A stretch of 55,782 bases of DNA, filler included, from Squatina squatina (taxonomy: Eukaryota), in NCBI GenBank assembly GCA_031763465.1. It is 3 parts of 3 records of this genome, joined end to end, with 100 filler letters (N's around TTAATTAATTAA, not from the genome) between each part and the next. Parts side by side here need not be neighbours in the genome. Positions count along the whole stretch, not along the records: positions 26,576 to 39,750 come from JARFOE010000222.1; positions 39,851 to 55,782 come from JARFOE010000042.1; 1 more part is not named here. The stretch is one strand, 5' to 3'. The number at the start of each line of letters is the position of its first letter. Within the stretch, counting starts at the first letter, position 1. The notes beneath the pieces were generated by a model. The model was not told the DNA's origin. It did not search any database and saw nothing but the letters and a program-made list of their open reading frames with translations. Shown here piece after piece: positions 35,343 through 47,663 of this stretch. The position numbers and the translations under genes are program-made.

Positions 35343-35423
35343 CCACCAGCCGGCGGAAAAGCACCCTTTTTTCACCATTTTCTGGCGCTAACAGGTGGCA
35401 AAAAACACCCAAATTTCGAGGCC
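35343..35423. mobile_element. Harbinger-like terminal fragment
   Basis: ggcgctaacagg..caaatttcgaggcc, parallel to 39050-39265. Confidence 0.5.
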
Positions 35424-38400
35424 TTTGTACTTTAATGTACCTCTAAGAATTAGTTTCTCACATTATTGACTTACATCATCTGTACAGTAAAAGAGTTAAG
35501 ATGGGAAATTCTATATTTATCTGATAACAACGATTAAATACTTTGAGGAATCTACAGCAGACTTTGGTCACTAAATGATGTCAACAGGGAAGATCAGAGA
35601 TTTCTTTTTCTTTTATACGTTGTACCTAGATGGGATGTCTCACTCACTAATGTTGACCACAAAATGAAAAACAACATTTCCCCATTGATTCCCTATTATT
35701 CAAAAAAAACAGAATCGTTATAGTGATCTGTAAACTCATGGTTACAATGTCCCCAGGTTTTTATGTCTATGTTTCATGACCTGTTTGATTAAATTACTTC
35801 CGAGTAATCACTGCAGATTAAGTGCCATGAACCTCCAGCAATTGCAGTGAAATTAGAAGGAATTCCTCAAGAAAAAGCTATCCCATTACAAGATAATTTA
35901 TTCCTTGTCTTTGCTTTCTTTGCAATATTGGGAATCATTTAACATTTCAACAGGGAAAGCTGTAAAACATTTGTTTGCACTTACTGTGTTCACAGTCTCC
36001 CTGAGAATATTTCACAAGCTTATTCTTATTGAGCTTCTGCAATCTGTCTAGAATCTCTAGAAGTGAACATATCTCTCGACATGTTAAAGTAGTCATTTTC
36101 AATACCATCGCATAAATGTTTTAAATAACAATGCATTCAATATATTATGGTAGAGATGTGATTCCATTTTGTTTAAGTTTGTCATTTCTGCTATCTAGTG
36201 GAGTATGTTCTATTAAAGTGCATCTGATTTAAAATTTGCTTAAAGGGATGATCAATTAAGTTATTTATCAATGCAAGGAATTTGTAACAAATTGAACAGG
36301 CCAGTGGTTAATCAAATAATGAGAGCATGGCCCCAAAACTCAGGGGCTGTGAATGGTGTGCATTTTGGATGGATGGGCGGAACTTGTGGTGGTACCTGGA
36401 TAATGCAATAAAAATGTTATTCAACTGAACATTTCACGGTTACCAATTGATTACATTGCCAAACTAGCCTTTTAAACTGTAAATAGTTTGATGGCCTTTG
36501 CATAGCTGGAATTCACAGGCGTCCCTTGCACCCAATGTTGTTATTGTGCAAATGGAAGAATTTGCATCATATGATGTATTTCCCTTAATTGCATGGCATT
36601 GTAGTACTTCTGCTCAATTGTGGGCAGGTTCACTATGCATCTACCCCACCATGACAGATATCGGATGAGTGGAAAAAGCGGAGAGGACATGGCATAACTG
36701 GATCTCCCCTAAAACCAATTCTCCCCCGCCCAGAAAGCACTCCATTGTCTGCCTCAGGACTGTGGATTTTCCAAGTTCTTGTGATTAGAGAAAGCTGAAG
36801 ATGCCATGAGCTTTTTTTTCTGGCCAAAGTCACCTTCTCCAGAAGTGACAGACATGTAATAGAAGCATTAGTCATAGTCATTTATTATTCATTTAAATGT
36901 TACACAGTGTGAGTTTTTAGATCACAAGCAGAAATAAGTGATGTCTCCAAATGGTAAAAATGGCAACCAAATGACAGCAGTATTCATTTTACACATATGN
37001 NNNNNNNNNNNNNNNNNNNNNNNNNNNNNNNNNNNNNNNNNNNNNNNNNNNNNNNNNNNNNNNNNNNNNNNNNNNNNNNNNNNNNNNNNNNNNNNNNNNT
37101 GTAAAATCTACTGAAATCCTCTTAAGACTATGCAGTCAACATGCACCTACCTGGTTTTGTAGATTGAACTCTACTTTGTCTCAGTGTCAAACTCCCGTTG
37201 ACGGCAATATTGTTCTTTTACATTCTCTCAGCAAAAACTCACTCCATGATCTTAATGATAACCAATGATACTAAATCAGCTCCCCCATGCTGTCACTCAT
37301 ATAGATCTTGAAATAGGAAACGCATTCACAAAGTAATTGGCTATACTTTTTAATCATTTCTATTCATGCTTTTCCATCAACACTGAATACACACTGCAGT
37401 TCTAATATAGCATTCTATTAATGACCATGAGGTCAAATCATTTTCGCAGGCTATTTGAACAGATAAAGCTTTATGCTTTTTTTTTTCTTCAGAGATACAA
37501 GACTCTTGAATATATTAATTAAATACAATTAATCCTTACAATCTACCAGCCCAATAGTGTTCTGATGTTTCTTATTCTAAACTTATAGTGCTTCAAGCAG
37601 TCACTGTTCAGATGTGTAATTCGATGAAATATATTAAAATGAAATATTGCCAGAAAGCAATGGTAATTGGAAATGATCAAGGTTTGAACATATGATTAAC
37701 CAAATAACAAATTCACCTCTAAGTTTAAAAACATCAGTTTTATATTTATCTTCGTTATCTGTAATCGTTTTTTTAGTTCATTGGTTCCTCCAAGCTGTCT
37801 TCTGATGTTCTCAGCATGCACTGCTCAAATATGTTTAAAATTAAACAAAATGATATTTTTTAATTAAAAATTCTTTTTTTTAACTGCTGGTGGTGGACCT
37901 CATCCATGAAATTTCTTTTGCCTATATTGGCTAAAATATGTCACACCGCTTGAGGGGTTTGGAGTGAAAATGTAAACTGTAAAACTACATAACTGGTGAA
38001 CTCAAGTGGTTTACAAAGTCATCTAAATTCCCAAGTGTGTCACAGCCTTGAGCATGCTCCCAGCTATCTTCCTGGAAATACAGGTTTCTGTTCCTCCCAC
38101 CACCACCCCCACATCTCTGAGCTCCTGCCTATTAAGTTTTGTTACTGGTATTTGAAACTTTCATTACCATTTCCACAATAGTTGTCATGTTTTACTGTGT
38201 GTCTTTGCATCGTGTGACAGGAAGAGCTCTTATAAAATGGTTTATTTTTGAAATGTTCAAATTGCACAGCAATAAAAAGGCATTTTTGTCAGATTATGGG
38301 GTATATTTTACTCTTTACATTAATAAAGGGAGGGATTGCCCTTGTACTGTATAATAGAACAAATTTNNNNNNNNNNNNNNNNNNNNNNNNNNNNNNNNNN

Positions 38401-38466
38401 NNNNNNNNNNNNNNNNNNNNNNNNNNNNNNNNNNNNNNNNNNNNNNNNNNNNNNNNNNNNNNNNNN

Positions 38467-38690
38467 GGGTAGAGAATTCCAAAGATTCACCACCCTCTGA
38501 GTGAAGAAATTTCTCCTCATCTCAGTCCTGAATGGCCGACCCCGTATTCTGAGACTGTGACCCCTGGTTCTGGACTCCCCAGCCCGGGGAAACATCCTCC
38601 CTCCATCTAGTCTGTCGATCCGCCCCAGTAGCTTAAGTGTTTCAATGAGATCACCTCTTATTCCTCTAAACTGCAGAGAATACAGACCTT
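38467..38690 (-). mobile_element. CR1 ORF2 C-terminal fragment
   Basis: RGDLIETLK..ESRTRGHSLRIRGRPFRTEMRRNFFTQRVVNLWNSLP. Confidence 0.9.
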
Positions 38691-39029
38691 GGTTAATCCG
38701 ATGGGGAGAGGTGCCATGGAGTGTCTCGGGGGAAGCACCAGGCCCAGGCACAGATATACGTCGGGCCACACTTCTCAGCAAGTCAGTTCTTCGAGTGCCA
38801 CTGTAGCAGAGCTACAGCTCTTGTGGAGCTGGACCTGTGGAGCTGTGCGACAATTCCTATGGCCCATGTGTAACAGCCACAATACACATGCTATCATTAG
38901 AGTTCCTTAAATGTGTTTTCTGTTATTTTTGTACCTGAGGAGAGACCAAGTTAAAGATTCTGTACAAACAGTGCGAGCTGCTGTGGAGTTTCCTCTTCCT
39001 GCCTATCTGTTGGAGTTGGGAGGCACCAG

Positions 39030-39265
39030 ACTGGGGAAATAATAACATTTTGGCCCACCTGCCGCCCACCGCCTTTAATTAGCGCTCCCCGAGCGGCCGG
39101 CCGAGTGACAGCGTCTCCTGCAGCTGCCGTTGTTGACGTCCCGCGAAGCGCCAGCGCAAAACCGCCAGTCGGTGAATTTGCTGTGCCCCGTAACCCCTTA
39201 ACGCCCCGTTACCACCCCCCGCAGGCGCTAACAGGAGATACAAACCAACCAAATTTCTCCCCCGA
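39030..39265. mobile_element. CpG-rich Harbinger-like MITE
   Basis: ggggaaat start, ttagcgc/ttaacgcc/ggcgctaac motifs, end aaatttctcccc. Confidence 0.5.
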
Positions 39266-39374
39266 CTTTAAAATTCGTGTAGACAAACTATCATTTCGAA
39301 ATTGACCTCAGCTATCCTGCCAACTAGCCCTGTTGGCTGCAAGATTTCAAAACTGATTGAAGCTAGTTGTGACT

Positions 39375-39555
39375 GACTCCTGATGTGCAAGGGTAATTCT
39401 ACAGTAAGGAAAATAGACAGCCTTTTTGGCAGTCATGACTAGGAGTCCTGAATGATATGTTGCCTCCCTGGTGTAATGTTGGAGAGCATCATGAAATGGC
39501 TGGAAAACTTCTGGGAAGGTAAGGAGAGCAGCCAAAGTCATGGTCCTTGTTGTGA
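39375..39555 (+). mobile_element. Degenerate CR1 ORF1 fragment
   Basis: GNSTVRKIDS..MICCLPG..GEQPKVMVLV, the CR1 ORF1 esterase motif. Confidence 0.65.
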
Positions 39556-39794
39556 CAGATAAAAGTACATGTGATTTCTTGCAGAGGAGCTACCAGAGTG
39601 TAACAATTCTATAAATATTCATGTTATGTTTCTATTGTCTACATGTTCTATTACTGCTCAGTATATTAGTTTTGAAGTTAAAGCCCAAAACAAGTCTATT
39701 GTAGTGTTACTCTGCTGCTTTCAAAGCCAAAGAGGATTCCGTGGAGGCACNNNNNNNNNNNNNNNNNNNNNNNNNNNNNNNNNNNNNNNNNNNN

Positions 39795-39806
39795 TTAATT
39801 AATTAA
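39795..39806. other. Artificial six-frame-stop scaffold linker
   Basis: N44-TTAATTAATTAA-N44. Confidence 0.95.
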
Positions 39807-39850
39807 NNNNNNNNNNNNNNNNNNNNNNNNNNNNNNNNNNNNNNNNNNNN

Positions 39851-41480
39851 GTGAATGAAATTTTCTAATTCGGGGCGGGAGCAGGAAACGGCACCGATAC
39901 AGTCATCAATGTACCGGAAAAAGAGGTGGGGGAGGGGGCCTGAGTAGGACTGGAACAAAGAATGTTCCACATATCCCACGAAAAGGCAGGCATAGCTCGG
40001 ACCCATGCGGGTGCCCATAGCAACACCTTTGATTTGGAGGAAGTGAGTGGAGTCAAAGGAGAAGTTGTTCAATGTGAGAACAAGTTCAGCCAGGCGGAGC
40101 GGGGTGGTGCTGGATGGGGACAGGTTGGGTCTCTGATCAAGCAAGAAGCAGAGCGCCCTCAGGCCGTCCTGGTGGGTAATGGAGGTGTAGCGGGATTGGA
40201 TGTCCATGGTGAAGAGAAGACGGTTGGGACCAGGAAATTGGAAACTGTTAACGTGGCAGAGGGCATCGGACGAGTCACGGATGTTGGTAGGAAGAGACTG
40301 GACAAGGGGAGAAAAAATAGAGTCTAGATAGGAGGAAATCAGTTCAGTGGGGCAAGAACAGGCTGAAACGATTCGTCTACCAGGGCATTCCGGTTTGTCG
40401 ATCTTGCGAAGGAGGTCGAAGTGGGTTCTGTGGGGTTGGTAAACTATGAGATTGGCGGCCCTGGAGGGAAGATCTCCAGCGGAGATGAGGTCAGTGGTGG
40501 TCTGGGAGATGATGGCTTGATGTTCAGTAGTGTGGTCATGGTCCAGGGGGGATATAGGAAGAGAGTTGGCGTTTGGCCTCCGCAAGGTAGAGATTGGTGT
40601 GACAAACAACAACAGCAACACCATTGTAAGCAGGTTTGATGACAATGTTCTAGTTAGATCTGAGAGAGCGGAGTGTTGCAAGTTCAGAGGGTGCTCGGTT
40701 AGAGCGAGTGAGGGGAGCAGAGATACCAAGACGGCCATTGTCACGTCGGCAATTGGCAAGGAAAAAATCTGGAGAGGGTAAGAGGCCAGAGGGAGGGGTC
40801 CAGGTAGAGCAAGAAATCTGAAAACGGGAGAAAGGGTCAGCTGTGCTGGGGGGAAGATTCCTGACCAAAAAAATGGGCACGGAGGCAGAGGCAACAGAAA
40901 AAGAGCTCTGCATCATGCCGATCTCGGAATTCATTGAGGTGGGGGCAAAAGGCAATGGAATTCAGGCCTTTGTTGAGGACTGATCGTTCAGAATCCGAGA
41001 GGGGAATGTCAGGTGGGATAGTGAAAACACGGCAGGGGTGAGATTGGAAGAAGGGATGGGATTAGGAGAAAGTGCAGGGGAAGAGTGTTCCGGATGGGCA
41101 TTGGCGTCTAAAAGCTCCTGAAGCTTGCGATCCTTGACATCTGAAAGGAAAGAAAAAAGTTTTGTTTTAAAGCTTCGGATGAGGCGAAGGATGAAATGGA
41201 ATTGCGCACCAGGACAGCTTAGAGATCGGGGGATTCGGTGCTCTGAAGAGAGAGGTTGATGGCTTACATGTGGCAATGCATGGCTTTCAGCATAGATCTC
41301 AGGATGTGGCGAGAGACGTAGTTTGAGGATCACTGGAAATCTCGGAGATATATGTTATACTGGGTGGATCCAAAACATGAAGGGTGGAAGTTCAGTTGGA
41401 ATCCACATGGATTAAGTCAGAGCCGGAGAAACTTGCTGAGAAAAGAGATGTTGCTGTGGAAGCGAGTTTTGGTAGATACC
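39851..41480 (-). mobile_element. Penelope-like element (PLE) ORF with reverse transcriptase, frameshifted
   Basis: KIDKPECPGRRIVS..LFTMDIQSRYTSI..LTLNNFSF..QIKGVAMGTRMGPSYACLF..FFRYIDDCIG are PLE RT motifs. The GIY-YIG part would lie in the gap. Confidence 0.9.
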
Positions 41481-41855
41481 TGAATAAACATGAGAAGAGC
41501 TACAGAAGGCAATGACGATGACCAAGGTAGAAGAGATGAACGGAAATCCTATGTGAGCGAAGAGCAGAACTTCTTCAAGGTGGGCATTCCTGGAAGAGAA
41601 GTGGCAGTGAATTAAACAGTAATACAGAAGCAAAATACTGCGGATGCTGGAATCTAGAATATAAACAAAAATGCTGGAAAACTCAGCAGGTCAGACAGCA
41701 TCTGTGGAGAGAAAAACAGAATCATCGTTTTGTGTCGATGAACCTTCGTCAGAATTGAAAAAAAGTAAAAATACAGCAAGTTTTAAAGCACTGACAGGAA
41801 AAGGGGTTGGTGGTGGGTGGGTAGAGGGAAGCGGCGAGAGCAGTGCTTCAAGGAG
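41480..41855 (-). mobile_element. Penelope pseudo-LTR (pLTR)
   Basis: aaatactgcggatgctgga..aaatgctggaaaactcagcaggtcagacagcatctgtggagaga is the typical elasmobranch PLE pLTR sequence. Confidence 0.8.
41717..41754 (-). ncRNA. Degenerate type I hammerhead ribozyme in the pLTR
   Basis: Minus strand ttCTGACGAaggttcatcgacacAAAAcgatgattctg. The CUGANGA box is intact; the GAAA box reads AAAA. Confidence 0.55.
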
Positions 41856-41857
41856 CG

Positions 41858-42002
41858 CTGGATATCTCTGAGATATCTGTAAACCTGGGTGGATCCAAAA
41901 CATGAGGGTGGAATTTCAGTTGGAATCCACGTGGGATATGTCGGAGCCAGAGACAGTTGCTCAGAAAAGAGATGTGGCTCTGGAAGCAAGTTTTGGTAGA
42001 TA
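41858..42002 (-). repeat. Second copy of the PLE 5' ORF segment (direct repeat of 41333-41478)
   Basis: ctgggtggatccaaaacatg..cagttggaatccac..gaaaagagatgt..ttttggtagata occurs twice, ~525 bp apart. Confidence 0.85.
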
Positions 42003-43630
42003 AGAATCTTATATGTTCGAATAAGATCTCCTCTCATTCTTCTAAACTCCAATGAGCAGCGTCCCAACCTGTGCAACCTTTCCTCATCGGGCAATCCTTC
42101 CATACCAGGAATCATCCCAGTGAACCTTCTCTGAACTGCCTCTAATGAATTGATATCCATCCTTAAATATAGGGACCAAAACTTCTCACAGTACTCCAGA
42201 TGTGATCTAACCAGTGCCTTGTATAGTTACAGCAAGACTTCCTTAACGCTATACTCCAACCCCCTTGAAATAGAGGCCGACATTCCATTAGCCTTCCCTA
42301 TTACCTGCTGCAATTGTGTGCTGGCTTTCTGTGTTTCATGGACACGGGTACCCAAATCCCTTTGTGATGCAGCTTTCTGCAGTTTGTCTACGTTTAACTA
42401 ATACTCTGTTATTTTGCTTTTCTTTCCAAAATGAACAACTTCACATTTTGCCACATTATGCTCCATTTTCCCACTTTTTGCCCACTCACCTAACCTATCA
42501 ATATCTCTCTGTAAAATGTTTGCATCCTGCTCGTAACTTGCTTTCCCACCTATCTTTGTGTCGTCTGCAAATTTAGCTACAGTGCATTCGCTTCCTTCCT
42601 CCAAGTCCTTAAAGTATATTGCAAACAGTTGTGGCCCCAGCACTGATCCCTGTGGCATTCCACTGGTTACTGTTTGCCAATAGGAATACGACCCCCTATC
42701 CCTACTCTCTGCTTCCTGCCTGTTCGCCAATCATCTATCCATGCCAATAAATTACCTCCAACACCATGGGCTTTTATCTTGCAGCTAAACCTTTTCTGAG
42801 GCATCTTGTCGAATGCCTTCTGGAAATCCAAATACAATACATCTGCTGGTTCCCGTCTATCCAATCTGGCTGAGACTTCATCAAAAAACTCTAATAAATT
42901 TGTCAGGCTCGATTTACCCTTCATGATGCCGTACTAACTGATTAGATTGTGATTTTCCAATAGAGCTGCGATTACATCCTTAGTAATTGATTCCAGCATT
43001 TTTCCAACAATCGATGTCCGCTAATTGGCCGATAGTTACCTGTTTTTTGAGTTCTTCCATTTTTGATTAGAAGTGTCACATTTGCAGTCTTCCATTCCTC
43101 CAGTACTTCCCCAAAATCTGATGATTTTTGGAAAATTACAACCAGTGCATCCACTATTTCTGTAGCTACTTCTTTCAGGATCCTTGGATGCAAGCCATCC
43201 GGTCCAGGGGACTTGTCAGCCTTTAGCCCTTTTAGTTTGTCTAATACTATTTCCCTAGTGATGGTGATGGTGATGGCATTTAGTCTTCACTCTGCATTAT
43301 TTAATACAAGTGGGATGTTTGCAATATCTTCTATCGTTGTAACCGATGCAAAGTAACTGTTTAACTCCGCAGGCATTTCTTTGTTCCCCATAACCACTTC
43401 CCCAGCCTCATTCTCCTGAATATATTCACTTTGATCTCCCTCTCCTTTTTATGTACTTGTCGAACCTGTTGTTATCAGTTTTTATACTCCTCGCTAGATT
43501 GCCCTGCTGTTGCTCTCCTTATTATCCTTTTAGTCGTAATTGCTGGACCCTGTAATTATCCCAGTCTTCGAGACTACCACTTTGCCTCCTTATACGCTTT
43601 CTCTTTTAGACTTATACTCTCCCTTTCACT
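42003..43630 (-). mobile_element. CR1 ORF2 (RT), long degenerate fragment
   Basis: MHPRILKEVATEIVDAL..GNYRPIS; LYLDFQKAFDK; SGMPQGSVLGPQLF..KFADDTKIGG; LEAVQRRFT. Confidence 0.92.
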
Positions 43631-44091
43631 CTAAGCTGGATTTGCGAAATGCTCTGTTGAAGAAAACTTATGACATGCTCGGTGCTACTTTATGAAAACA
43701 AGTTAAATAGATGGTCAAACGAAAATGAATCTGCTGGGCGATCAGAAAGGTTTCACACTGGACAAGTGCAGACATAGAGGCTCTCACAGCAGTGAGTGTA
43801 GCAGTGCACTGGCTCACACACCAGTCCCAGAAGACAGATTAAGAGAGTGGCGCTGGGAGCAGATTCGAAACTGAATTTCAATTCAAGGCCTCCAACAATC
43901 CGTCATCACAGCTGCCAGTGGTCTGCGCTGCTGCAGCTGCAGACCAGGCTGCGTTGGGTCATCACAGGAGATGTGTCTGACTGAGTGTCCATTCAAAATG
44001 TTTCGAAATACACACCTGCAGTGTGGGGCCATGTGAGGATTGAGTGGCTCAAGGGAAGAATTTATCCCGGCTGTCGAATCCTTGAAACTTA

Positions 44092-44620
44092 TGGATTATG
44101 CGAGAAAGCTGGCAGGGAACATAAAAACTGACTGCAAAAGCTTTTATCGATAGGTGAAGAGAAAAAGATTAGTTCAGACAAATGTAGGTCCTTTGCAGTC
44201 AGAAACAGGTGAATTGATCATGGGAAACAAAGAAATGGCAGACCAATTGAATAACTACTTTGTTTCTGTCTTCACTGAGGAAGACATAAATAATCTGCCG
44301 GAAATAGCAGGCGACCGAGGGTTTAATGAGATGGAGGAACAGAGGAAAATCCATGTTAGTCGGGAAGTGGTGTTAGTTAAATTGAATAGAGTAAAGACAG
44401 ATAAATCCCCAGGACCAGATAGTCTGCATCCCAGAGTGCTTAAGGATGTAGCCCCAGAAATCGTGGATGCATTAGTGATAATTTTTCAAAACTCTTTAGA
44501 TTCTGGAGTAGTTCCTGAGGATTGGAGGGTAGCTAATGTAACACCACTTTTTAAAAAGGGAGGGAGAGAGAAAACGGGGAATTATAGACCAGTTAGCCTG
44601 ACATCGGTAGTGGGGAAAAT
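44092..44620 (+). mobile_element. CR1 ORF2 fragment
   Basis: LNNYFVSVFT..KSPGPDSLHPRVLK..VPEDWRVANVTPLFKKG..GNYRPVSLTSVVGK. Confidence 0.92.
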
Positions 44621-44769
44621 NNNNNNNNNNNNNNNNNNNNNNNNNNNNNNNNNNNNNNNNNNNNNNNNNNNNNNNNNNNNNNNNNNNNNNNNNNNNNNNN
44701 NNNNNNNNNNNNNNNNNNNNCAATCACTCAAGGTCATCACTAAGTAATCCATTATATCAGTGACATGGA

Positions 44770-44892
44770 GAAAGAATTGCAGGGAAAGAGAGGGGGCTGG
44801 AGTTGGACTAACTGGATTGCTCTTCAAAAGAGATAGCGCTGACTCGATGGGCCGAATTGCCTCCTTCTGTGCTGTACTATTCTATGATTCTA
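44770..44892 (+). mobile_element. CR1-type 3' end
   Basis: ctggattgctcttcaaaagag..gatgggccgaattgcctccttctgtgctgt..attctatgattcta. Confidence 0.75.
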
Positions 44893-44974
44893 CCTTATTT
44901 TCCTCGCCCGCACCGTTCCCACTGCACAAGGTCGGGTAGAATCGGACCTTGTGTTTCCGATGTGGCTAATGTAT

Positions 44975-45125
44975 AACGGCCGACTCTGATCCTGGCTGCG
45001 ACCATTTCCGACATGGTGCCCCAAGAGACAGCTTTTCATGTGTCATCCTTCACCCTTGAGTGTCGGCAGGATGTTTGACCAGGACTGAGGCCGTCATCAC
45101 CAGAATTCCTGACTTTACACCAGGA
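44975..45125 (-). mobile_element. MamSINE1-related SINE fragment
   Basis: Minus strand ggtcaaacatcctgccgacactca..cacatgaaaagctgtctcttgggg. Confidence 0.45.
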
Positions 45126-45135
45126 ATACACCAGG

Positions 45136-45659
45136 TCATAAGAAATAGGAGCAGGAGTCGGCCATTCGGCCCCTCGAACCCGCTCCGCCATTCAGTAAGA
45201 TCATGGATGATCTTGTACCTCAGCTCCACACTCCTGCACTATCCCCATATTCCTTGATTCCTGTAATATCCAAAAATCTATCAATCACTGTCTTGAATAT
45301 ACTCAATGATTGGGCCTCCACAGCCCCATGGTTTAGAGAATTCCAAAGATTCACAACCCTCTGAGTGAAGCAGTTTCTCTTCATTTCAGTCCTAAATGGC
45401 TTACCCCGTATCCTGAGACTGTGACCCCTGGTTCTCGACTCCCCAACTAGGGGAAACATCCTCCCTGCATTTAGTCTGTCTAGCCCTGTCAGAATTTTAT
45501 ACGTTTCAGTGAGATCCCCTCTCATTCTTCGAAACTCTGGTGAACACAGGCCCAGTCGACCCAATCTCTCCTCATACGACAATCCTGCCATCCCAGGTAT
45601 CAGTCTGGTGAATCTTCTCTGCACTCCCTCTATGGCAAGTATATCCTTTCTTAAGTAGG
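45136..45659 (-). mobile_element. CR1 3' portion
   Basis: ORF 45220..45624 VQRRFTRLIPGMAGLSYEERLGRLGL..FTQRVVNLWNSL. Confidence 0.92.
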
Positions 45660-46664
45660 NNNNNNNNNNNNNNNNNNNNNNNNNNNNNNNNNNNNNNNNN
45701 NNNNNNNNNNNNNNNNNNNNNNNNNNNNNNNNNNNNNNNNNNNNNNNNNNNNNNNNNNAAAATCGTGGGCCAATGTTACATTTTCAAACGAAAATTAGGG
45801 AATTCATTGATGCAAAAACTTACTACACTTGTTGCGGCCCAGTATCTTGACCTTTGCCCCCAAGGACCACCCATATTAGGAGCACAAAGGTCACTAAACT
45901 ATAGAAATACATTGTACCAAACCCCTATTATCCCTTTTACGTTGCATCAACATTTTTAAGGCTTCCCTGGGGAGGGAAACAGAGCTGCTCCTGTCCCTGT
46001 AGTAGGCACAAGATTAGTGTTTATATGCACAAGAGACAAGAGGGGGATGTTCTTTGCCCACCCCATGCATTAGCTGTGTGAGCAAATGTGGGGTTCCCAA
46101 ACAGAGGGAGACCTTAAAATCTGACAGCAGGACCACTCCTCATATTGGAGGATCCACAGGGGTCCTAGAAGCATCCTAAACCTCCCTGGTGGCAGTAAGT
46201 GAGGTTTTATTTTCTTCCACTAGTTTGATTTGATGCACTCGGGACTTCTGATGGCCGCTCTCTGTCAGAGGGCTCTCATCACCGAGGTCTGGTACATAGC
46301 TGCAGGCCTCTTAGACTGGTGGCTGTGCTTAAATTTGCTGACGCAAGGAACGTGCCAGGAAGCAGATCTATGCCTGGGGTCACCCAAGCTCATTATTATG
46401 GCTCAGAACATGAAATAGCAGTGCTTCTGGGTCTGGGCAAAGCAGTGCATTTTGGAGCACTGCTCCTGGTTACCTATGGGTCGAAGGACCTGCCAGGAAA
46501 ATTGACCCATTTCACTTTTACAGCTTATCTATTATAATATTTTTTCTATTCTTATTTATTTTTGTAAAACACATTAAGCTAATTAAAAAAAAAACTCTGG
46601 ATGAACAGGTTGTTTTAATACATTTTGCAAAATTCCCTTATATGGATAATTTACAGCCAGGTGA

Positions 46665-47310
46665 TATAAGAACGTAAGAATTAAGAGCAAAAGTAGGCCA
46701 TATGGCTCCTCGAGCCTGTTCCGCCATTCAACAAGATCTTGGCTGATCTTCTACCACAACTTCCTGCACTATCCCCATATCCCTTGATTACTTTAGTATT
46801 CAAAAATCTATCGATCTCAGACTTGAATATACTCATCGACTGAGTATTCAGTCTCTGAATACTCAGTCTCTACCCCAACCCTCTGAGTGAAGAAATTTCT
46901 CTTCATCTAGTTATAAATGGCTGACCCCTTATTCTGAGACTGTGATCCCGGTTCTAGAACCAACCTCCCAGCATCTACCCTGTCAAGCCCCTTAAGAGTT
47001 TTATACATTTCAATGAGATCACCTCTCATTCTTCTAAACTCCAGGGAATATCGGCCGAGTCTACTTAATCTCTCCTTCCTTAGGTAAGGAGACCAGAACT
47101 GTACATAGTACTTCANNNNNNNNNNNNNNNNNNNNNNNNNNNNNNNNNNNNNNNNNNNNNNNNNNNNNNNNNNNNNNNNNNNNNNNNNNNNNNNNNNNNN
47201 NNNNNNNNNNNNNNNGGTGTGGTCTCACCAAGGCCCTGTACAATTGTAGCAAGACATCCTTACTCTTGTACTCCAATCCTCGAGCAATAAAGCCCAACAT
47301 GCCATTTGCC
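46665..47310 (-). mobile_element. CR1 3' portion spanning a gap
   Basis: taagaacgtaagaa tail; MLGFIARGLEYKSKDVLLQLYRALVRPH. Confidence 0.88.
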
Positions 47311-47311
47311 G

Positions 47312-47452
47312 TATGGCACCTTCACCACACAAACTGCAGCGGTTCAAGAAGGCTGCTCACCACCACTGTTTCGCGGGCAATTAAGGATGGGCAATAAATG
47401 CTGGCCTTTCCAGCGATGCCACATCCTGTGAATGAATGACTTAAAATAAAAA
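47312..47452 (+). mobile_element. 3' end of the second LINE family
   Basis: ctgcagcggttcaagaaggctgctcaccacc..gggcaataaatgctggcc..cacatcc..gaatgaa, same as 55060-55340. Confidence 0.8.
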
Positions 47453-47558
47453 AAGCACAGTAACTAATTTCTTGTTCTAACAAACGACTCCTTTTTTAAA
47501 AAAAAAACATACTCACTTATTTACTTCAGACTGTGTTTAAGTCTCTGTCCTCTTGCAG

Positions 47559-47663
47559 TTCTATGGATACTTGTCGCAACAACAGAATATGATGCAGGAC
47601 TACATACGGACAGGCACCTACCAAAGGGCAATACTCCAAAACCATGCAGATTTTAAAGACAAG
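47559..47663 (+). CDS. CARM1: Coding exon of CARM1/PRMT4 (arginine methyltransferase, N-terminal helices before the SAM-binding motif I)
   Basis: Acceptor tctctgtcctcttgcAG and donor AAG|GTAAGC. 105 nt, phase 0-0: [35 protein letters not shown], against recalled human [35 protein letters not shown]. Confidence 0.93.

Noticed and set aside
19-47663. Functional coupling of KHDRBS3 and CARM1 (splicing factor plus arginine methyltransferase) as a gene system or fusion
   Set aside because: Only one CARM1 exon is visible, its phase (0) is incompatible with the KHDRBS3 exon end (phase 2), a poly(A) site intervenes, and the linkage may be a scaffolding artefact.
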